Assembly (NCBI GenBank): GCA_030390025.1
Contig: JASTWF010000348.1
Location: 372,001-436,000 of the forward strand
DNA from: Squalus acanthias
Lineage: Eukaryota
Length of the DNA: 64,000 bases
Direction of reading: 5' to 3'
Shown here: one piece after another, positions 24,301-37,024 of the stretch
Numbering within the stretch: position 1 is the stretch's first letter
Layout: every line of letters begins with the position of its first letter
Position numbers and translations under genes: made by a program
The notes under the pieces: generated by a model
Databases searched by the model: none
The model's input: only the letters and a program-made list of their open reading frames with translations
Told to the model about the DNA's origin: nothing

Positions 24301-24712
24301 CCACCTTAAACATTCACTCCCTCCACCACCGGCGTACCGTGGCTGCAGTGTGTACCATCTACAAGATGCACTGCAGCAACTCGCCAAGGCTTCTTCGGCA
24401 GCACCTCCCAAACCCGCGACCTCTTCCACCTAGAAGGACAAGGGCAGCAGGCGCTTGGGAACACCACCACCTCCAAGTTCCCCTCCAAGTCACACACCAT
24501 CCTGACTTGGAAGTATATCGGCCGTTCCTTCATCGTCGCTGGGTCAAAATCCTGGAACTCCCTCCCGAACAGCACTGTGGGAGCACCTTCACCACACGGA
24601 CTGCAGCGGTTCAAGACGGAGGCTCACCACCACCTTCTCGAGGGCAATTAGGGATGAGCAATAAATGCCGGCCTTGCCAGCGACGCCCACATCCCATAAA
24701 CGAATTTTTAAA
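21393..24712 (+). mobile_element. Near full-length ~3.3-kb LINE (CR1/L2 group) with a single APE-RT ORF, disrupted, and a tRNA/SINE-like 5' head
   Basis: Endonuclease motifs (KVLLTNIWGL, DIVILTES, YRPPS, GDFN, SDH) and RT motifs (NYRPISLLS, GFRQ, LDIKAAFDRV, GVPQGSVLGP, FADD). Frameshift at ~23410 and stops at ~23547-23583. Confidence 0.93.
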
Positions 24713-25334
24713 AATGTGGCTCGGTGTCAAATTTTGTTTGATAATTGCGCCTGTGAAATGCCTCGGGACATTTTACTACGATAAAGGCGCTATATAAATG
24801 CGAGTTGTTGTTGTTGCTGTTGGTGTGCTGGGGTTCGGGTTCCCTCACGGGCTCTGTCTGCCGTCCGGTACCTCAGCAAAGTGACCACCCGCCTTCTGGT
24901 GCATGCCCAGGTAGCGAGCGGTGGCCAGAAGGTCGATCAAGGGTGGGGCGGGGAGGGGGAGGGGGGAGGGGGGCGGTGGAGACACCAGATTGTTATCGGG
25001 AGCAGGAATCCTGGCTGCGTTTATCCCTCATGCAGCACCCCCCTCCCCGCCCAAACCCATGGGGAGAGGGTGCCACTGAGGCCCCAATTGTAGCCCCCCG
25101 CCACCCCCCACCCCGACTACCGCCCGCCCCCCCCCAGCTGGGATCAGATAACTCTGCACAGACTGGGGGGGGGTGTGGGATGGAACCTGGGCTCTTCCTG
25201 TTCTCTGTGGGGCTCAGTACCGATTGTAGCCCCCTACCACCCGCCCCTGGCTGGGATCAACTCACTCAGCACAGGCCGGGGGGCGGGGGGGTGGGAACCT
25301 CGGCCTTTCCTGCTCTATTTGGGGCTCAATATTA

Positions 25335-25822
25335 CATAGAAACATCGAAGACAGGAGCAGGAGTAGGCCATTCGGCCCCTCGAGCCATTCGGCCCCTCGA
25401 GCCATTCAATGCGATCATGGCTGATCATCCAAATTCAGTACCCTGTCCCTGCCTTCTCCCCATATCCCTTGATCCCTTTAGCCTTAAGAAATATATCTAA
25501 CTCCTTCTGGAATATATTTAATGAATTGGCCTCTACTGCCTTCTGTGGTAGAGAATTCCACAGGTTCACCACTCTCTGGGTGAAGAAATTCCTCCTCATT
25601 TCTGTCCTAAATGGCTTACCCCTTATCCTTAGACTGTGACCTCTGGTTCTGGAGTCCCCCGCCATCGGGAACATCCTTCCTGCATCTAGTTTGTCTAGTC
25701 CTGTTAGAATTTTATAAGTTTCAATGAGATCCCCTCTCACTCTTCTAAACTCTAGCGAATATAAGCCTAATCGACCCAATCTCTCTTCATACGTCATTCC
25801 TGCCATCCCAGGTATCAGTCTG
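25335..25822 (-). mobile_element. CR1 family A 3' fragment
   Basis: ORF 25435-25806; small internal duplication gccattcggcccctcga in the 3' UTR. Confidence 0.93.
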
Positions 25823-25907
25823 CGTGGGGAGCTGAATTACGAGCTTTATTTCAGTGAGGGAGATTAATTTTTGGTGATGTTGATTGAGGGATAGACATTG
25901 GCCCCAG

Positions 25908-26346
25908 TCCATTTAGGACTGAGATGAGGAGTATAGAAGAATGAGAGGGGATCTCATCGAAACATATAAAATTCTGACAGGTCTGGGCAAACTAGATGCA
26001 GGAAGAATGTTCCTGATGGTCGGAGAGTCCAGAACCAGGGGTCACAGTCTAAGGATAAGGGGTAAGCCATTTAGGACAGAAATGAGGAAGAATTTCTTCA
26101 CCCAGAGAATGGTGAACCTGTGGAATTCTCTACCACAGAAGGTAGTGGAGGCCAAGTCATTAAATATATTCAAGAAGGAGATAGATATATTTCTTAAAGC
26201 TAGGGGTATCGAGGGATATGGGGAGGAGGCAGGGACAGGGTACTGAGTTTGGATGATCAGCCATGATCTCATCGAATGGCGGAGCAGGCTCGAGGGGCCG
26301 AATGGCCTACTCCTGCTCCTATCTTCTATGCTTCGATGTTTCTATG
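25908..26346 (+). mobile_element. CR1 family A 3' fragment inserted in a Deu-SINE
   Basis: ORF 25941-26246; SINE halves at ~25840-25907 and 26347-26630 (minus). Confidence 0.9.
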
Positions 26347-26630
26347 ACACCGGGGAGAACTCCCCCCGCCCCCCCTCTGCTTATCTTCCAATAGCGGCCG
26401 TGGGATCTTTTACGTCCACCCGAGAGGGCAGACGTGGGCGCCCTCGGTTTTAACGTCTCATCCGAAAGACGGGCACCTCCGACGGCGCAGCGCTTCCCCT
26501 CAGTACTGGCGCCGGGAGTGTCGGCCCTGGTTTGTGGGGGCTCGAGTCTGTGGAGTGGGGGGGGGGAGGGGCTCGACCTTCTGACTCAAGAGCCGGGACT
26601 GAGGCCAAACTGAGCAAAGTGGATGCCAGC
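26347..26630 (-). mobile_element. Deu-domain SINE, 5' half
   Basis: Homologous to 17870-18128. Confidence 0.75.
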
Positions 26631-26634
26631 AGTC

Positions 26635-27067
26635 TAACAACAACAACAACTTGTCTTTATATAGCGCCTTTAACATAGTAAAAAGTCCCAAGGCGCTGCA
26701 CGGGAGTGTCACAGGACAAAAAATTTGACACCGAGCCACATTAGGAGAAATGAGGGCAGGTGACCAAAAGCTTGGTCAAAGAGGTCGGTTTTAAGGAGCG
26801 TCTTGAAGGAGGAGAGAGAGGTAGAGAGGCGGAGAGGTTTAGGCAGGGAATTCCAGAGCTCGGGGCCTCGGCAACAGAAGGCACGGCCACCAATGGTTGA
26901 GCGATTATAATCAGGGATGCTCAAGAGGGCAGAATTAGAGGAGTGCAGATGTCTCGGTGGGGGGGGGGGTGGGGGGTGGTTGTGGGGCAGGAGGAGATTA
27001 CAGAGATAGGGAGGGGCGAGGCCGTGGAGGGATTTGAAAACAAGGATGAGAATTTTGCAATCGAGGC
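26635..27067 (-). mobile_element. L2 3' end
   Basis: KILILVFKSLHGLAPPYL...GGRAFCCRGPELWNSLP; (ttg)n tail. Confidence 0.88.
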
Positions 27068-27339
27068 GTCGAAGGGTTAATCTCCGCGTCACTGCGAAGG
27101 TCCCCCCGTCAGGGGGCAGAGGTCAAGTGGAGGAGTAACTACAGGAAAGTTCTGATTCCCTCCCAGGCAAATCTTTATTGGACTCAAAGGTTACCGAAGT
27201 GAGAGGCAGGAGATTGAACCATGTGTTACAGAAAGGTGGGGCTGGGGAATACCGTCAATCAAGGGAGGGGGAGGATTGACAAGAGTGAAGGAATGCTTGT
27301 GAGGTGGGAGGGGCAGGTATGAGATGGGTTGGGAAGGAA

Positions 27340-30300
27340 TGCAGTTATTCCATGTATAAACCACCGGAACCCTTCGATTAGATTCCTACCTGTAACACAC
27401 TCCCGGGTATCTGTTATTCTATATATAAACCACCCGAACCCCTCGATTAGATTCCAGCCTGTAACTCACTCCCGGGTATCTGTTATTCTATATATAAACC
27501 ACCCGAACCCCTCGATTAGATTCCAGCCTGTAACTCACTCCCAGATATCCGTTATTCTATATATAAACCACCCGAACCCCTCGATTAGATTCCAGCTTGT
27601 AACTCACTCCCGGGTATCTGTTATTCTATATATAAACCCCCCCGAACCCCTCGATTAGATTCCAGCTTGTAACTCACTCCCGGGTATCTGTTATTCTATA
27701 TATAAACCCCCCGAACCCTTCGATTAGATTCCAGCCTGTAACTCTCTCCCGGGTATCTGTTATTCTATATATAAACCACCCGAACCCCTCGATTAGATTC
27801 CAGCCTGTAACTCACTCCCGGGTATCTGTTATTCTATATATAAACCCCCCCGAACCCCTCGATTAGATTCCAGCTTGTAACTCACTCCCAGATATCCGTT
27901 ATTCTATATATAAACCACCCGAACCCCTCGATTAGATTCCAGCCTGTAACTCACTCCCAGATATCCGTTATTCTATATATAAACCACCCGAACCCCTCGA
28001 TTAGATTCCAGCTTGTAACTCACTCCCGGGTATCTGTTATTCTATATATAAACCCCCCCGAACCCCTCGATTAGATTCCAGCTTGTAACTCACTCCCGGG
28101 TATCTGTTATTCTATATATAAACCCCCCCGAACCCTTCGATTAGATTCCAGCCTGTAACTCTCTCCCGGGTATCTGTTATTCTCTATATAAACCACCTGA
28201 ACCCCTCAATTAGATTCCAGCCTGTAACTCACTCCCGGGTATCTGTTATTCTATATATAAACCACCCGAACCCCTCGATTAGATTCCAGCCTGTAACTCA
28301 CTCCCGGGTATCTGTTATTCTCTATATAAACCACCTGAACCCCTCAATTAGATTCCAGCCTGTAACTCACTCCCGGGTTTCTGTTATTCTATATATAAAC
28401 CCCCCGAACCCTTCGATTAGATTCCAGCCTGTAACTCACTCCTGGGTATCTGTTATTCTCTATATAAACCACCTGAACCCCTCAATTAGATTCCAGCCTG
28501 TAACTCACTCCCGGGTATCTGTTATTCTATATATAAACCACCCGAACCCCTCGATTAGATTCCAGCCTGTAACTCACTCCTGGGTATCTGTTATTCTCTA
28601 TATAAACCCCCCCGAACCCTTCGATTAGATTCCAGCCTGTAACTCACTCCTGGGTATCTGTTATTCTATATATAAACCACCCGAACCCCTCGATTAGATT
28701 CCAGCCTGTAACTCACTCCCGGGTATCTGTTATTCTATATATAAACCAGCCTGAACCCCTCGATTAGATTCCAGCCTGTAACTCACTCCCGGGTTTCTGT
28801 TATTCTATATATAAACCCCCCGAACCCTTCGATTAGATTCCAGCCTGTAACTCACTCCCGGGTATCTGTTGTTCTATACATAAACCACCCGAACCTCTCG
28901 ATTAGATTCCAGCTTGTAACTCACTCCAAGGTATCTGTTATTCTATATATAAACCAGCCCGAACCCCTCGATTAGATTCCAGCCTGTAACTCACTCCCGG
29001 GTATCTGTTATTCTATATATAAACCACCCGAACCCCTCGATTAGATTCCAGCCTGTAACTCACTCCCGGGTATCTGTTGTTCTATATATAAACCACACGA
29101 ACCCTTCGATTAGATTCCAGCCTGTAACACACTCCCGGGTATCTGTTATTCTATATATAAACCACCAGAACCACTCGATTAGATTCCAGCCTGTAACACA
29201 CTCCCGGGTATCTGTTATTCTATATATAAAGCACCCGAACACCTCGATTACATTCCAGCCTGTAACTCACTCCCGGGTATCTGTTATTCTATATATAAAC
29301 CACCCCGAACCCCTCGATTAGATTCCAGCCTGTAACTCACTCCCGGGTATCTGTTATTCGATATATAACCCCCCCGAACCCCTCGATTAGATTCCAGCCT
29401 GTAACACACTCCCGGGTATCTGTTATTCTATATATAAACCCCCCCGAACCCCTCGATTAGATTCCAGCCTGTAACTCACTCCCGGGTATCTGTTATTCGA
29501 TATATAAACCCCCCGAACCCCTCGATTATATTCCAGCCTGTAACACACTCCCGGGTATCTGTTATTCTATATATAACCCCCCCCCGAACTCCTCGATTAG
29601 ATTCCAGCCTGTAACTCACTCCCAGGTATCTGCTATTCTATATATAAACCACCTGAACCCCTCGATTAGATTCCAGCCTGTAACTCACTCCCGGGTATCT
29701 GTTATTCTATATATAAACCACCCGAATCCCTCGATTAGATTCCAGCCTGTAATTCAATCCTGGGTATCTGTTATTCGATATATAAACCACCCGATCCTCT
29801 CGATTAGATTCCAGCCTGTAACTCACTCCCGGGTATCTGTTATACTATATATAAACCACCCGAACCCCTCGATTAGATTCCAGCCTGTAACTCACTCCCG
29901 GGTATCTGTTATTCTATATATAAACCACCCGAACCCTTCGATTAGATTCCAGCCTGTAACTAAACTCCCGGGTATCTGTTATACTATATATAAACCACCC
30001 GAACCCCTCGATTAGATTCCAGCCTGTAACTCACTCCCGGGTATCTGTTATTCTATATATAAACCACCCGAACCCCTCGATTAGATTCCAGCTTGTAACA
30101 CACTCCAAGGTATCTGTTATTCTATATATAAACAACCCGAACCCCTCGATTAGATTCCAGCCTGTAACTCACTCCCGGGTATCTGTTATTCTATATATAA
30201 ACCACCCCGAACCCCTCGATTAGATTCCAGCCTGTAACTCACTCCCGGGTATCTGTTATTCTATATATAAACCATCCGAACCCTTCGATTAGATTCCAGC

Positions 30301-31822
30301 CTGTAACTAAACTCCCGGGTATCTGTTATACTATATATAAACCACCCGAACCCCTCGATTAGATTCCAGCCTTTAACTCACTCCCGGGTATCTGTTATTC
30401 TATATATAAACCCCCCCGAACCCCTCGATTAGATTCCAGCTTGTAACACACTCCAAGGTATCTGTTATTCTATATATAAACCACCCCGAACCCCTCGATT
30501 AGATTCCAGCCTGTAACAAAACTCCCGGGTATCTGTTATTCTATATATAAACCACCCGAACCCTTCGATTAGATTCCAGCTTGTAACTCACTCCAAGGTA
30601 TCTGTTATTCTATATATAAACCACCCGAACCCCTCGATTAGATTCCAGCCTGTAACTCACTCCCGGGTATCTGTTATTCTATATATAAACCACCCCGAAC
30701 CCCTCGATTAGATTCCAGCCTGTAACTCACTCCCGGGTATCTGTTATTCTATATATAAACCCCCCGAACACCTCGATTAGATTCCAGCCTGTAACTCACT
30801 CCCGGGTATCTGTTATTCTATATATAAACCCCCCGAACACCTCGATTAGATTCCAGCCTGTAACATACTCCCAGGTATCTGTTATTCTACATGTAAACCC
30901 CCCGAACCCCTCGATTAGATTCCAGCCTGTAACTCACTCCCGGGTATCTGTTATTCTATATATAAACCACCCCGAACCCCTCGATTAGATTCCAGCCTGT
31001 AACTCACTCCCGGGTATCTGCTATTCTATATATAAACCACCTGAACCCCTCGATTAGATTCCAGCCTGTAACTCACTCCTGGGTATCTGCTATTCTATAT
31101 ATAAACCACCTGAACCCCTCGATTAGATTCCAGCTTGTAACACACTCCAAGGTATCTGTTATTCTATGTATAAACCACCCCGAACCCCTCGATTAGATTC
31201 CAGCCTGTAACTCACTCCCGGGTATCTGCTATTCTATATATAAACCACCTGAACCCCTCGATTAGATTCCAGCCTGTAACTCACTCCTGGGTATCTGCTA
31301 TTCTATATATAAACCACCTGAACCCCTCGATTAGATTTCAGCCTGTAACTCACTCCTGGGTATCTGTTATTCTATATATAAACCACCCCGAACCCCTCGA
31401 TTAGATTCCAGCCTGTAACTCACTCCCGGGTATCTGTTATTCTATATATGAACCACAGGAGCCCCTCGATTAGATTCCAGCCTGTAATTCACTCCCGGGT
31501 ATCTGTTATTTTATATATAAACCACCCGAACCCCTCGATTAGATTCCAGCCTGTAATTCAATCCTGGGTATCAGTTATTCGATATATAAACCACCCGATC
31601 CTCTCGATTAGATACCAGCCTGTAACTCACTCCCGGGTATCTGTTATTCTATATATAAACCCCCCCCCCGAACCCCTCGATTAGATTCCAGCCTGTAACT
31701 CACTCCCGGGTATCTGTTATTCTATATATAACCCCCCCCCCCCCCCGCCCCCAACCCCTCGATTAGATTCCAGCTTGTAACACACTCCCGGGTATCTGTT
31801 ATACTCTATATAAACCAGCCCG
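27340..31822. repeat. 69-bp tandem minisatellite, about 65 copies
   Basis: Unit atatataaaccacccgaacccctcgattagattccagcctgtaactcactcccgggtatctgttattct; starts at 27421 and 27490. Confidence 0.98.
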
Positions 31823-32319
31823 AAGCTGGGCTGGGCCCACCGAATCTCACAATTGCTTGAACAATTAGTTACATACCAGAATGAGACAAGCGAGTCCTCT
31901 CCGAATGAGCTGTGTGATAAATCGCGGAGGTGGGGCGGTGGTCAGGTGTAGAATCCGATCCAGAGGGTGTCTGACCCAGTGAGGGTGGGTGGTCGGGGGG
32001 TCTGATCTGATGTCGATGACAGGTGAGTTCTTGAAAAGAATCAAGAATCCTGTGACTTCTCTGTGTGTGTGTGTATGTTTCTGTTGCCTGAGTCTCTCTC
32101 TCTCTCTCTCTCTGATTGAAAACTCCCTGCAGTCAGAATAAAGTTACCAAGCTGGTTTTTCTGGTCAGGCAAGCGTGATTTGAGGAAGTGAGCTTGAAAT
32201 AGCAGGCGATGCTGTCAATGGGACTGTGGAAAGGTTGAACATTCGGACTGGAAGAGGCGGAGGAACACGAGAGGGGAGATCAGAATCGAGAGACTATTTT
32301 TCTTTCGGCAGCAGCCCGT

Positions 32320-33015
32320 TTCAAACAACCTCAGGACGTCCCGGAGCGCTTTTTTTTTTCTGTGTTGTTGCAGCCAATCGAAAGCACTTTGTTGGCAGTG
32401 TGGTCAACCCCGCGGAGAAGCCGATTGGCGCACAGCAAGATCCCAGCAAGAGCAATTTTTTTTTAAAAAAAAAACGAAAGACCTGCCTTTCGCGCGATCT
32501 CAGAACATCTCCCCCAAAGCGCTTTCGGGGCCAATGAAGTATTTTCGGAGTGCAGTCACCCCGCTGTGGTGCGGGGAAAAGCGGGCAGCCCAATTTGCGC
32601 ACAGCAAGATCCCACAAACAGCAATCTGCGGGGGGGTGGGGGGTGGGTGGGTTTGGCGATGTTGAGTTGAGGGATAAATATTAGGCCCCCAGGACTCACT
32701 CCCCTCCACATTCCCCACACCCTGCTCTTCTTCCAATAGTGGCGCTGTCCACCCGAGAGAGGGCAGACGGGGGGGGGGGCCTCGGTTTTAATGTCTCAGT
32801 TGAAAAGACGGCACCTCCGACAGTGCGGCGCTCCCTCAGCACTGCGCTGGATCGTCAGCCCAGACACTTGTGCTCAAGTCTCTGGAGTTGGATTTAAACC
32901 CACAACCTTCTGGTCCAGAGGCCAGAGTGATAAACAGCAACGTGATAAATGACCTGGTTTGTTATTGTGAAGTGATGTTTATTTGAGGGATAAATATTGG
33001 CCCCAGGACACCGAA
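32320..33015 (-). mobile_element. Deu-domain SINE copy with duplicated tail segments
   Basis: Homology to 17673-18128. Confidence 0.75.
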
Positions 33016-33361
33016 GCGATATCCCGGAACAACTTTCCAAGGTGCTTCCCCAACAAGTCTCAGACCTTTCCAGTGCTCCCCTCCTCGCTCCCCTCCCACT
33101 GGCCTGAGCACCAGGACAGCGTGGAGTGCTGACCCTGCAGGACAACTACTCCATTAACAACCTTTCACAGACCCGCTGGGAGCCTGCCACCTCCTCCTGC
33201 CACTAATGGAGCCTGCTAATGAGGCCAGCTCATATCGATCGGCTCCAGGAGCACATCTCGGGAGGGGGGAGCCGCTATCGATCGCTACCGGAGACAGGAT
33301 AGTTACTGACTTAAAGACAACACACCACAGGAAGAGGTGTCCATCACCCAGGGCTCTGCCA

Positions 33362-33786
33362 CTCAATCTCTGTCTCTCTCTGCCCCTCAATCTGTGTGGG
33401 TCTCTCTCTGTCACCATCTCTCTGTCTCTCAATCTGTGTGTGTCTCTGTCTCTCCAACTCTCTCTCACACACACTGTCTCACTCTCTCTCTGTTTCTCTG
33501 TCTTCTCTCTCTCAATCTGTCTCTCTCTGTTTCTCTCTCAATCTCTCTCTGTCTCTCAATTTGTGTCTCACTCTCTCAATCTCTGTCTCTCTCACACTCT
33601 GTTTCTCTCTGTCTCTCTGACACTCTGTTTCTCTCTCTGTCTCTCTCTCTATTTGTCTCTCTCAACCTGTTTCTCTCTCCCTCAATCTCTCTGTCTCTCT
33701 CACACTCTGTTTCTCTCTCTGTCTCTCTCTGTTTCTCTGTCTTCTCTCTCTCAATCTGTCTCTCTCTGTCTCTCTCACTCTCTCTC
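33362..33786. repeat. (CT)n-rich microsatellite
   Basis: Seen directly. Confidence 0.93.
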
Positions 33787-33847
33787 AAAAGGGAAGGTCA
33801 GTGATAGGATAGAAAGCAGGGGAGATTAAGAGAGATTGAGAGACATT

Positions 33848-34591
33848 GGCCTGAAAATTAGACCTAATACGCGAGAGTACGCACTGTGTACTCTCGCGTT
33901 TTAGGTCTCCAATTGCCGGTTTCCTGCATGCACTGCGCATGCGCGGGAAACCGGCACTTCGTGAATTCAAAAGGGGGCGGTTCCTAGGTGAACCGCGTGC
34001 GCGCTACAGGCTGTGCGCACGCAGCGCACTTAGTGTTTTGAACGCGCAGGTAAGCATGTAAGATTTTACACATAAAGAAAGGAGGCGTAAGACCCTCTTT
34101 TAACAAGGTAAGTAGTTAATTAAGTATTATTTTAATTTTTTTTCAACAGGTTTATCTTTTTTAGAGACTTTAAAGAAAGGTAAGTTTATTTTTATAACTT
34201 TTAAAAAGATTTTAAATTTTTTCAAAAATTTAATTTTTTGTTTAAAGTGGTTAATTTATTTAACTATACTTATTTTATTAATGTGATGGCTTTAAAAAAA
34301 ATTTAATTGAGGTTTAGCTGTTCTTTTGGGGGGGTATAGTATTCATAGCTTTGACAGCCCTTGCTGTCAAAACTATGAATGAAAGATGGTGTGCTGCCAT
34401 TGGCTCTAACTGAATCACGTGATCCCAGAGCTCGCACGAACTAATTGCGTCTCTGGGTCACGCAAGCACTGCACAGCTGCAGCCTTGAAACTAAAGTTCG
34501 TGTGGGCCTGGAGGAAAAAGGTAGGTGCGGAGTGAGATATCGCGGGGAAGCCTTACCCCCGCGTGAACACTCGGTGTTTAATTTCTGGGCC
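33848..34591. mobile_element. PIF/Harbinger-type MITE, 744 bp
   Basis: TIRs ggcctgaaaatta / ggcccagaaatta (reverse complement); 3-bp TSD ATT at 33845-33847 and 34592-34594; AT-rich core. Confidence 0.8.
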
Positions 34592-34767
34592 ATTGAGAGA
34601 TATTAAGAGATATTCAAGGCAAGAGGAAGTGGTAATGGGACAGGTTAAGGAACAAAGGATGGCTCTCGATGAAGTGTAAATTGCGCTGGCAGAATGCAGG
34701 ACAGCTGCCATGTGGGAGAGAGGAAAAAAGACAGACAAAGGGTGTGGATAAAAAAAATATATATTTC

Positions 34768-35085
34768 TATAGAAACATAGAAGATAGGAGCAGGAGTAGG
34801 CCATTCAGCCCCTCGAGCCTGCTCCGCCATTCAATGAGATCATGGCTGATCATCCAAACTCAGTACCCTGTCCCTGCTTTCTCCCCATATCCCTTGATCC
34901 CTTTAGCTTTAAGAAATATATCTAACTCCTTCTTGAATATATTTAATGAATTGGCCTCAACTGCTTTCTGTGGTAGAGAATTCCACAGGTTCACCACTCT
35001 CAGGGTGAAGAAATTCCTCCTCATCTCAGTCCTAAATGGCTTACCCCTTATCCTTAGACAGTGACCTCTGGTTCTGGACTCCCCA
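34768..35085 (-). mobile_element. CR1 family A 3' end
   Basis: Near-identical to 8641-8955. Confidence 0.92.
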
Positions 35086-35097
35086 ATAGGGGCCGGG

Positions 35098-35380
35098 GTT
35101 ATGATTTGAAATTGTTGAACTCGATATTGAGTCCAGAGGGCTGTAAAGTGCCTAATCGAAAGATGAGGTGCTGTTCCTCGAGCTTACGTTGAGCTTCAGT
35201 GGAACAATGCAAGAGGCCGAGGACGGTGAGGTCAGAGTGGGAGTGGAGCGGGGAATTAAAGTGACAGGCCCACCGGGAGCTCGGGGTCCCCCTTACGGAC
35301 TGAACGGTGGTGTTCCGCAAAGCGGTCACCCAATCTGCGTTTGGTCTCCCCAATGTAGAGGAGACCGCACCGTGAGCAGC
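35098..35380 (-). mobile_element. Penelope GIY-YIG endonuclease C-terminal fragment
   Basis: ACHFNS..HSHSDL...RKLEEQHLIFRLGTLQPSGLNIEFNNF. Confidence 0.85.
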
Positions 35381-35403
35381 CTATCTTCGTTAGCTCGGAG
35401 AAG

Positions 35404-36050
35404 TGTCAGCCGTGGCTCGGTCGGTGTCTCACGCTCTCGCCTCTGAGTCAGAAGGCCGCGGGTTCCAGTCCCCCATCCCAGAGACTCGAGCCCATAATCC
35501 AGGGTCCGACGCTCCTGGCGTCCGCACTGAGGGAGCGCTGCACCGTTGGAGGTGCCGTCTTTCGGACGAGAGGTTAAACCGAGGGCCCCGTCGGGTGATC
35601 CCGCCAGCAACTATGGGAAGAAGAGCGGCGGAGTTCTCCCTTGGGGCCTCATATTTATCCCTCGAGCGACATCACTGAAAAAAAAACCAGACGATCTGGT
35701 CTTTCGCTCATTGCTGTCTGTGGGATCGTGCTGTGCGCAAGTTCTGCCGCCGCGTTTCTTACATTGTCATTCAGGTGGAAATGACTTATGAAGTAATACT
35801 GGGCGGCCTGCAGGTGGCGCTGTCCAGGGAGAGTATAAATACTCGGGCACGGGCCCAGCTTGCGCGGGACATTCTTTAACAGGAACTATGAAAGCACACA
35901 ACTAGACCTCCATGTTGGAAAACAGTTGATTAAAGCTTTGTTTAACGCTTAGACCAAGTGCCTCGTAGTTTTCTTACGGCAGACACGTCACAAACAAAGT
36001 ACTGCATTGGCTGTAAAGCGCTTTGGATCGTGATAGGCGTTGTATAGAAT
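35404..36050 (+). mobile_element. Deu-domain SINE interrupted by a ~200-bp LTR-like insert
   Basis: Head gtcagccgtggctc and Deu body; tail aaagtactgcattggctgtaaagcgctttgg resumes after 35992. Confidence 0.75.
35789..35992 (+). mobile_element. Possible short solo LTR
   Basis: TG...CA ends, TATAAA at ~35835, ATTAAA at ~35929; no clear TSD. Confidence 0.45.
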
Positions 36051-36051
36051 C

Positions 36052-37024
36052 AGAGAATGTGCAGGTGCAGCAAGCCATTAGGAAGGCAAATGGTAGGCTG
36101 GCCTTCATTACAAGAGGATTTGAGTACAGGAGTAAAGAAGTCTTACTCCAATTATACAGGGCCTTGGTGAGACCACACCTGGAGTACTGTGTACAATTTT
36201 GGTCTCCTTACCTAAGGAAGGATATACTTGCCATGGAGGGAGTGCAACGAAGGTTCGCCAGATTGATTCCTGGGATGGCGGGACTGTCGTATGAGAAGAG
36301 ATTGAGTGAACTAGGCCTGTATAATTGGTTGTGGAGATGCCGGTGTTGGACTGGGGTGGACAAAAGTGAGAAGTCGCACAACACCAGGTTATAGTCCGAC
36401 AGCTTTATTTGAAATCACGAGCTTTCGGAGCGCTGCTCCTTCGTCAGGTGAAGTGAAGAGATGCATATAGGCACAGCATATATAGTCAGAGAACAATGCC
36501 AGAGAACACTTTTATATAATTGGAGTAAGACTTCTTTACTCCTGTACTCAAATCCTCTTGTAATGAAGGCCAGCATACCATTTGCCTTCCTAATGGCTTG
36601 CTGCACCTGCACATTCTCTTGAATTCAGAAGAATGAGAGGGGATCTCATTGAAGCATACAAAATTATTACAGGGCTTGATAGGGTGGATGCTGGGAGAAT
36701 GTTTCCCTTGGCTGGGGAGTCTAGAACCAGGGGCCACAGCCTCAGGATAAAGGGTAGGCCATTCAGGACTGAGATGAGAAGAAATTTCTTCACACAGAGG
36801 GTGGTGAATCTTTGGAATTCTCTACCCCAGAGGGCTGTGGAGGCTCAGTCATTGGGTATATTCAAAACAGAAGTCGATAGATTTCTGACTAGTAAGGGCA
36901 TCAAGGGATATGGCGATAGGGCCGGTGAATGGAGTTGAGGCAGAAGATCAGCCATGATCTCATTGAATGGCGGAGCAGGCTCGAAGGGCCGAATGGCCTA
37001 CTCCTGCTCCTATTTCTTATCTTC
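36052..37024 (+). mobile_element. CR1 3' fragment interrupted by a Penelope end (36325-36508, minus) and an inverted duplication (~36514-36619)
   Basis: ORFs 36023-36394 and 36633-36938 are consecutive parts of one CR1 RT. Confidence 0.88.

Noticed and set aside
21850..24797. Active, intact LINE or domesticated RT gene
   Set aside because: Frameshift, premature stops and an inserted CR1 tail disrupt the ORF.
27329..31684. Periodic ORFs in the 69-bp array (and 43083-44502 in the 51-bp array)
   Set aside because: Unit lengths divisible by 3 produce open frames; no coding evidence.
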